Origin: Acidimicrobiia bacterium
Lineage (GTDB): Bacteria > Actinomycetota > Acidimicrobiia > Acidimicrobiales > JACDCH01
DNA length: 40,068 nucleotides
Direction: 5' to 3'
NCBI GenBank assembly: GCA_013694495.1
Contig: JACDCH010000199.1
Coordinates: 1 to 40,068 of the forward strand
This document shows positions 34,026-40,068 of the stretch, in pieces (position 1 is the first letter of the stretch; each line of letters begins with the position of its first letter). The notes beneath the pieces were generated by a model that had not been told where the DNA came from, ran no database searches, and saw only the letters and a program-made list of their open reading frames with translations. A program made the position numbers and the translations under genes.

Positions 34026-36944
34026 TCAGCTCGACGCTGCTCGGGTGATCGATGCACGGAGCGCGGTGATGGCCTGCAGCGCAGTGGCGACGATGTCGTC
34101 GCCTGAAAGCGTCGAGCCATACTGGGCTTCACGATTCAGCCCAGCGACGCCGATCTGGGCCTCGATGCGACTCCGCGCTGCTTCCAGCAACGCCGCGTCG
34201 GTTCCGAACGGCGACGCTCCGGTTCGGTTCGACGTCACCGCGCCGTACAAGACAGCCGCTTCGGTTGCGGCGCCGTGGCGTGAGAGTAGGTCGACGAGGT
34301 GCCGCAGCGTGACCCACTGAGGTGCCCAGGCGTTGTGGCGGCCCCATTGTTGGATTGCGGCGGCGTAGTGGTCGAGCGCCTGCGGGGTGTCGTTCGCTCG
34401 CGCTTCGAGGGTCGCCAGCGTGACGCTGGCGAGGCCTTCGACGAAGCGGCTGTCGCAGCTCGAGGCGATTTCGATGGCGCGCCGAAGGTGGGCGTCGGCG
34501 TCGTCATCACCGGTGGCGGCCCCAATCTCGCCGAGGACGAACTCGGCGAACGCCACGGCGGAGGGATTCTGCGAATCGTTTGCCTGCCGAACGGTTGTGG
34601 CCGCGAGAGCGGCGGCATCGGCGGGCTGCCCGCCGTACAGATGTGCAAGCGCGGCACTTCCGAGGCTCCACACAGCTTGCGGCGCGTCGCCGTCTGCCAT
34701 CGCGTGGCGATGACATTCGAGGTAGAGCGCGATGGCGTCATCGATCTCGCCGCGGAGCAGCTTCACGTCGGCGACGGCTTCGCGGGCGATCCAGGCGGCC
34801 GACCGGTCGGTCGTCGCTCGGAGTGCCGCGTACGCTGCGGATTCGGCCTCGTCGAGTTCGCCTCGCTGCGCCCTGCCGATCGCCGCTGATGCAAGGGCCG
34901 AGATCAGCGAGGCCGAGCGCGTCCCGCCGGCGGCCGCGACGGCGGTCTCGGCCCAGTCGAACACCTCGCCGTGTCCCCGCCACATGGCGAAGGGGTGCAG
35001 GGCCGCCGACAGCCGCAGGGCGCGTTCGACGTCGCGACCCACGAGCCACTCGTGGGCCAGGCGGAGATCGTCGAAGTGCTGGTGTATTCGCTCGACCCAC
35101 TCCCTCTCGTCAGGTCCTCGAAGGCCGACTGCAGCGTCCTCCGCTAGTGACACGGCCCAAGCAGCATGCCGGTTGCGTACGTCCTCGCCACATCCCCCGG
35201 CGTCGACCTGCTTGTGGGCGTAGCTCCGCAGCGTGTCGAGCATCCGGTAGGTCGTGGCGTCGCCGGTGCGGCGAGCGGACAGGAGTGAGCAGTCCACGAG
35301 CCTGGCCACGTCGGCCGCCACGCGCGACGGGGCATCGCCGTCCGGTGCGGCCACCGCGACAGCCCCCTCGATGTCGAACCCACCGGCGAACACGGACAAC
35401 GCCTCGAACAGCAGCCGCACCTGCTCGTCCAGCTGCTTGTACGACCAGTCGATGACCGATTCCAGCGACCGGTGTCGCGGGGTCGCGCGAGGTCCGCCGT
35501 CGAGAAGCTCAAGCCCGGACCCGAGCACGGCGGTGAGCTCGCGCAGGCTCATCGTGCGCAACCGGCCGGCGGCGAGCTCGATGGCCAGAGGGAGGCCGTC
35601 GAGCCTGGCGCAGACGACTGCGGCGTCGGCAAGGTGCTCTGGCCCGAGGTCCACGTCGGGATTCGCTTGTCGTGCACGGTCGAGGAACAGTTCGAGCGCG
35701 GGCGAGCCGCTTCCGAGGGCGAGCGGGGCCACCGTGAGGACCCGCTCGCCGTCGACGGCGAGCGGCTCGCGGCTCGTCGCCACCAGCCGAACGCCGTTGG
35801 TGTGATGGAGAAGTCGATCTGCGAGTCGCGCCACCGCCTCGATCACGTGCTCACAGTTGTCGAGCACGAGGACCATCCGCTGGTGGTCGAGGTGAGCGAC
35901 GAGATGTTCCTCCCGCGATCGTGAGTCGGGGCGCTCGGCGCCTGCCGCCATCGCGACAGCTCGGACCACGTGGGTGCCCCGACCGATCGCGGCGAGATCG
36001 CAGTAGTGAACGACCTCGCCACGATCCATCAATCGGTACGTCGCCTCCAACGCCAGCCGCGTCTTGCCGACACCACCGGGCCCGCAAAGTGTGATGAGCC
36101 GCGAATCGGCAACGAGCTCGACAACGCGTCGGAGCTCGATCTCCCGCCCCACGAATGTCGTGATGGGTCGCGGGATCCCCGCCGGGTGCCGCTTGCCCAC
36201 CTTCGGAGTCAGCTCGTGGGTGAGGATCTTCTGTTCGAGGCTCCGCAGCTCGGGTGCCGGCTCGAGGCCCCGCTCGGCGAGATGCTCGCGCCAGCCCTGG
36301 TAGAGGTCCAGAGCATCGGTGTGGCGTCCCTCCCGGTACAACAGCTCCATCAGCAGCGCCCGAGCGTGCTCGCGCTCGGGGTGCTCGTGGACGACGCGCG
36401 CCAGCCCGGCCGCCGCTTCGGCGGCGTCGCCGTTCTCGAGCAGGAGCTCGCAGCGCTGCTCGGTCGCGCGCAGACGCAGGTCGTCGAGCCGGACAGCCTC
36501 TGCCTGCGCGAAGTCACGGTCGGCAACCGGCCCGAACGCCGGCCCGTGCCAGAGTGCCACGGCCTCGTCCAAGAGCAGCGACGCCGTCGACGTGTCCGCT
36601 TCTGCTGCCGCCGCGACCAGGTCCTCGAAACGCGTTGCATCCAGATCGGAACGATCGACCTCCAGTCTGTATCCGCCCGTGTCCCCGACGAGCTCACCGG
36701 CTGGGAGCACCCGACGGAGGCGCGAGACCTGCGACCGCAACGCTGCGCCCGGATCGCGCGGCAAGTCGTCCGCCCACAACGTGTGCACGAGCCGGTCGAC
36801 CGCCACGGTCCGCCCACGCTCGACGAGCAGGTGCGCCAGCAACAGACACTGCCGACCGACGATCGTGCGGCGGTGCCCACCGGACTCCACCGCGATCGTT
36901 CCAAGCACCGCATACGTCGTCGACGGGCTGGTCGTGGTGAGCAT
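34026..36944 (-). CDS. AfsR/SARP-family regulator (wHTH-BTAD-NB-ARC-TPR-like)
   Basis: ALRSQVSRLRR, HPEREHARALLMELLY, GPGGVGKTRLA, LVLDNCEH, LDGLPLAIELAA, IDWSY. Confidence 0.92.
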   Translation of the reverse strand: MLTTTSPSTTYAVLGTIAVESGGHRRTIVGRQCLLLAHLLVERGRTVAVDRLVHTLWADDLPRDPGAALRSQVSRLRRVLPAGELVGDTGGYRLEVDRSDLDATRFEDLVAAAAEADTSTASLLLDEAVALWHGPAFGPVADRDFAQAEAVRLDDLRLRATEQRCELLLENGDAAEAAAGLARVVHEHPEREHARALLMELLYREGRHTDALDLYQGWREHLAERGLEPAPELRSLEQKILTHELTPKVGKRHPAGIPRPITTFVGREIELRRVVELVADSRLITLCGPGGVGKTRLALEATYRLMDRGEVVHYCDLAAIGRGTHVVRAVAMAAGAERPDSRSREEHLVAHLDHQRMVLVLDNCEHVIEAVARLADRLLHHTNGVRLVATSREPLAVDGERVLTVAPLALGSGSPALELFLDRARQANPDVDLGPEHLADAAVVCARLDGLPLAIELAAGRLRTMSLRELTAVLGSGLELLDGGPRATPRHRSLESVIDWSYKQLDEQVRLLFEALSVFAGGFDIEGAVAVAAPDGDAPSRVAADVARLVDCSLLSARRTGDATTYRMLDTLRSYAHKQVDAGGCGEDVRNRHAAWAVSLAEDAAVGLRGPDEREWVERIHQHFDDLRLAHEWLVGRDVERALRLSAALHPFAMWRGHGEVFDWAETAVAAAGGTRSASLISALASAAIGRAQRGELDEAESAAYAALRATTDRSAAWIAREAVADVKLLRGEIDDAIALYLECHRHAMADGDAPQAVWSLGSAALAHLYGGQPADAAALAATTVRQANDSQNPSAVAFAEFVLGEIGAATGDDDADAHLRRAIEIASSCDSRFVEGLASVTLATLEARANDTPQALDHYAAAIQQWGRHNAWAPQWVTLRHLVDLLSRHGAATEAAVLYGAVTSNRTGASPFGTDAALLEAARSRIEAQIGVAGLNREAQYGSTLSGDDIVATALQAITALRASITRAASS

Positions 36945-36984
36945 GCCGAAGGACTGCCGCTCCTTGCCTCGCCTTCCGGTCGGC

Positions 36985-37014
36985 GCGGCACGCTGATGAC
37001 ACGAGTATGACACG
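36985..37014. promoter_or_regulatory. 11-bp-period direct repeats, probable SARP binding site
   Basis: GCGGCACG (36985), ATGACACG (36996), ATGACACG (37007) between the divergent regulator and oxidase. Confidence 0.6.
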
Positions 37015-37061
37015 GGGCCATGCGACGGTTCCGGGGACCGTTCACCGACCAAAGGTGCGCC

Positions 37062-38423
37062 ATGAGCTCCGCCACGATTGTCATCCCCGACGACCTCGCC
37101 CGCTCATTCGCCGGCGAGTTCCTGCGGCCCCCCGACGCGACCTACGACGACGTTCGCCGCGTACACAACGGGCTGATTGACAAGCGTCCCGCCGTCATCG
37201 CCCGGGCCACGTCCACCGACGACGTCGCTGTCGCCTTGGCGCTGGCACGCAGGTTGGGCCTGGAGCTGTCCGTGCGGGGCGGCGGCCACAACGTTGCCGG
37301 GCGGGCAGTGACCGACGGCGGCGTCATGGTCGATCTCTCGACCATGAAGCGAATCGACGTCGACTCCCAACGGCGAACGGTGACTGCCGAGGGCGGCGTC
37401 ACGTGGGCCGAGATGGACCAGGCCACCCACGAGCACGGTCTCGTCGTACCCGGCGGCGTGGTGTCCTCCACGGGCATCGGCGGGCTCACCCTCGGCGGGG
37501 GCCTGGGATGGACCCAGGGCCGGTTCGGGCTCAGCATCGACAACCTCCTCGCAGCCGAGGTCGTCACCGCCGACGGCACCGTCATCGTCGCCAGCGACGA
37601 AGACCACGCTGACCTGTTCTGGGCCCTCCGGGGCGGCGGGGGGAACTTTGGCGTCGTCACACGCTTCACCTACCGAGCCCACCCCCTCACCACCGTGCTC
37701 GGCGGCCTGGTCGCCTACCCCGCTGACGAAGCCGCTCAGGTCCTTGCCACCTACCGCGATGTGACCGCCAGCGCGCCCGACGAGCTCAGCGTGCAGGTCG
37801 GGCTCCTGCACACGCCCGACGACGCCCACGCGCCGATCATCGCTGTGCCCCTGTGCCACTGCGGCGATGACGAGGCAGCCGCCGAGGCCGACATCGAGCC
37901 CCTCCGCCACGCCGGCACGGTGCTCGCCGACGACATCGGGCGGATCCCGTACCCAGCAATGAACGCGGCCACCGACCCGCTGTTCCCCCGGGGCACCCTG
38001 AACTACTGGAAGCAGGCCTTCGTCGACGAGGTGAGCGGCGGGCTCATCGACGTTCTCATCGACGCCTTCGCCACGTGCCCGTCGCCCATGTCCGCGCTGG
38101 TCATCGAACCACTTCACGGCGCCGCCGCACGAGTCCCCATCGACGCAACCGCGTTCCCCTACCGTCGAGAGGGCTACGCCGTGCTTCTCTGCGGACAGTG
38201 GCAGGATCCGGCCGACAACGAGGCCAACATCTCCTGGGTCCGCGACACCTTCGTCGCGCTCGCTCCGCTCGTCAGCGACCGTCGGTACGTCAACTACATG
38301 GGCGACGGCGACAGCGCCCGCGCCGCCTACGGCCCCCAGTACGACCGGCTCGTCGACGTGAAGCGCCGCTATGACCCCGACAACCTCTTCCGGCTCAACC
38401 AGAACGTCGACCCGACACGTTGA
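37062..38423 (+). CDS. FAD-binding oxidoreductase (berberine-bridge-enzyme/VAO family)
   Basis: SVRGGGHNVAG, TGIGGLTLGGG, DLFWALRGGGGNFGVVT, YVNY, VKRRYDPDNLFRLNQN. Confidence 0.95.
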   Translation: MSSATIVIPDDLARSFAGEFLRPPDATYDDVRRVHNGLIDKRPAVIARATSTDDVAVALALARRLGLELSVRGGGHNVAGRAVTDGGVMVDLSTMKRIDVDSQRRTVTAEGGVTWAEMDQATHEHGLVVPGGVVSSTGIGGLTLGGGLGWTQGRFGLSIDNLLAAEVVTADGTVIVASDEDHADLFWALRGGGGNFGVVTRFTYRAHPLTTVLGGLVAYPADEAAQVLATYRDVTASAPDELSVQVGLLHTPDDAHAPIIAVPLCHCGDDEAAAEADIEPLRHAGTVLADDIGRIPYPAMNAATDPLFPRGTLNYWKQAFVDEVSGGLIDVLIDAFATCPSPMSALVIEPLHGAAARVPIDATAFPYRREGYAVLLCGQWQDPADNEANISWVRDTFVALAPLVSDRRYVNYMGDGDSARAAYGPQYDRLVDVKRRYDPDNLFRLNQNVDPTR

Positions 38424-38649
38424 CATGACCATGCCGACGGGACCTGGGACGGTGATCTACATCGATCGGTCCCCACATGCACGCAGGCCGACGGGATCAA
38501 TTCAAGGTGGCATGCAGGAGAAGGTGGCGGCCCTCAGTCGGGGCACACCAGGAACTTCGTCCTCTCCAAGCGACCTATTCGGCGTCTGCCCCCGGTGGCG
38601 GACGGCGAGGACGTGTCACAGAACGCGCGACGCCTCGCTTCGCCGGAGG

Positions 38650-38704
38650 TGCCCTCCAACGCCGGCTACGCGACGGTGTCGTGACGGCTGACGCGTCCCC
38701 GAAG
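38650..38704. repeat. Inverted repeat A, right arm (55 bp)
   Basis: TGCCCTCCAACGCCGG...GTCCCCGAAG. Confidence 0.85.
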
Positions 38705-38725
38705 CGCGTCGCCGGACATCCCGGA

Positions 38726-38890
38726 ATACGCGCCGATCTGCTGCGCTCGCGGGGCATTCGGGGACGCGATTAGGTGGCAGCGATATCTGGTGCCCTCCAC
38801 CGGCACCTGGGGCGATGCCCCACGTCGTTTTGCATGCACATTCGGGGACACCCGCGCCCTTCGTCGTGTGCGCCCAGAGCCGTCGATGTG
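38726..38890 (+). repeat. Spacer motif cluster and about 100-bp direct repeat copy
   Basis: ATACGCGCCG (38726), TTCGGGGAC (38757, 38841), TTAGGTGGCAGC (38770), GATATC (38782), CCACCGGCACCT (38797), AGCCGTCGAT (38878). Confidence 0.85.
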
Positions 38891-39057
38891 CCGCAGCGGT
38901 TGGCCGTCCGCGCTCGTGACGCGCGTGGCGCGCTGATCGAACCCTGTTTGTGTCAAGTGCCTTGGCGCGAGCGCGTGAGCGCCGCTGGATGAGCGGGCGT
39001 AGCGTTCGGGTGTTGGGTCCGGGAGTGACTGATCCGAAGAACCGACCGGAGGACGAG

Positions 39058-39666
39058 ATGAACGAAGCGATCGAAGTACGCGTGGCAAAGCGCGACGAGG
39101 TGCGCCAGGTGGCGGCGTCGCTGGCGACAGCCTTCTACGACGACCCCGTAATCTCGTTCGCCTATCCCAGCGATACCACCCGCCTGCGCCGTCTCGAGGT
39201 CTTCTTCGCGACGCAGGCCCGGGCTCTGTGGAAGCAGCGAGAGATCCACATCGCCGACGACTCCTCGAGCGCCGCCATCTGGGCACGCCCCGGTGAATGG
39301 AAGATGTCGACGCTCGGCTTGCTGAGAGGCATCGTGCCAGCGACGCTGCGCACCCGGCCGAAGCTGGCGGCGCTTCGGGGCTACCTCGGCACCGACCGGC
39401 TGCACCCGGACGAGCCGCACTGGTACCTCGAGGCTCTCGGCACCGTGCCCGCGCAGCAGGGCAAGGGCCTTGGCGCGCAGGTCCTGGCCCCAGTGTTGCG
39501 CCAGTGTGACGAGGAAGGCGTACCCGTGTGGACCTGGTCGTCCAACGAAAACAACCTCGCCTTCTACCACCGCCAGGGCTTCGAGGTGCTGGACAAGCTC
39601 GAGTTCGCCCCCGGCGGGCCTCCGATCTTTCCTATCCGGCGGGACCCACGGCCACTTGAGCTGTAG
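39058..39666 (+). CDS. GNAT-family N-acetyltransferase
   Basis: LATAFYDDP, HWYLEALGTVPAQQGKGLG (motif A), NLAFYHRQGF; GGAGG RBS. Confidence 0.92.
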   Translation: MNEAIEVRVAKRDEVRQVAASLATAFYDDPVISFAYPSDTTRLRRLEVFFATQARALWKQREIHIADDSSSAAIWARPGEWKMSTLGLLRGIVPATLRTRPKLAALRGYLGTDRLHPDEPHWYLEALGTVPAQQGKGLGAQVLAPVLRQCDEEGVPVWTWSSNENNLAFYHRQGFEVLDKLEFAPGGPPIFPIRRDPRPLEL

Positions 39667-39734
39667 GCCGGCGTACCGAGGAGCAGCTGGCGCGTAGCAC
39701 CAAACGCCCGCCGGCTGATGGACGCACTCCTCGG

Positions 39735-39753
39735 GCCCGACGTGTCCCAGAAG
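39735..39753. repeat. Inverted repeat B, right arm
   Basis: GCCCGACGTGTCCCAGAAG is the reverse complement of 33854-33872 with one mismatch. Confidence 0.8.
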
Positions 39754-39914
39754 ATCACCCGCGAGCGTCCCCGATGGTCGCGGGGGAACCGCTCCCGAAG
39801 CGCCGATCTCCAGCGAAGCCGACCGCTCGCGAACGGGTGATCTGCGGATTCGATCGGAACTGACGATCGGCACTTCGGAGCGGGTGGCCAACCGGACGGC
39901 TGTCGCCGCGCCGC

Positions 39915-40068
39915 CTACGGTCCCTTCTCGGCCCTTCGAGGCGCCCGCGCCTGCACGCAACGGTCGATGACTGCAAGCGCCTCCAGGATGCCGCCGTGTT
40001 CAGCGATAGCACGGGCTATGTCCTTCGCCCTCGCTGCGAACTCGGGCTCACCGAATGCACGCTTCACC
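39915..40068 (-). CDS. C-terminus of a probable GT1/MGT-type glycosyltransferase (partial; not in ORF track)
   Basis: Minus frame from 40067: VKRAFGEPEFAARAKDIARAIAEHGGILEALAVIDRC...*, typical GT-B C-terminal helices. Confidence 0.6.
   Translation of the reverse strand, partial: VKRAFGEPEFAARAKDIARAIAEHGGILEALAVIDRCVQARAPRRAEKGP

Larger units (their letters stand above)
31195..40068. mobile_element. Element 3: same family as element 2, right end outside the window
   Basis: att copy, MraZ-like gene, tyrosine recombinase, repeat-punctuated cargo. Confidence 0.7.

Noticed and set aside
38424-39057. Protein-coding gene in the 630-bp gap
   Set aside because: Only short Arg/Pro-rich ORFs with no motifs; the region is occupied by the spacer repeats.
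32724-39914. CRISPR array
   Set aside because: Repeats are degenerate, kilobases apart and in both orientations; no cas genes.

Overview
High-GC DNA, most consistent with an actinobacterium (inference from composition and gene families). A housekeeping NAD-dependent epimerase (partial) is followed by tRNA-Leu(CAG) at 488-571. The rest of the window reads as a tandem stack of integrated elements, each beginning at a copy of the tRNA 3' end (551-572, 23463-23484, 31195-31212). Element 1 (about 22.9 kb) is an integrative mobilizable element: tyrosine integrase, XRE repressor, excisionase, wHTH protein and MobF relaxase, with no T4SS. It carries defence cargo: a TIGR04255-led three-gene operon, an AbiE-type toxin-antitoxin pair, and a coupled hsdM-HEPN-like-hsdS-hsdR-GmrSD/Schlafen-DUF4145 operon. 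Elements 2 (about 7.7 kb) and 3 (over 8.8 kb, running off the window) each start with the same module, a MraZ/AbrB-like gene overlapping a compact tyrosine recombinase. In element 3, every cargo unit (APH-like kinase; SARP regulator plus FAD oxidase; GNAT; glycosyltransferase) is separated by a non-coding spacer built from one repeat family: about 100-bp direct repeats and two interleaved inverted-repeat pairs with core CTTC(G/T)GGGACA. This recombinase plus repeat-punctuated cargo array is the best candidate for an undescribed cassette capture or shuffling system. Several frameshifts in elements 2 and 3 may be decay or sequencing error. Family assignments come from motif recognition by eye; no searches were run.
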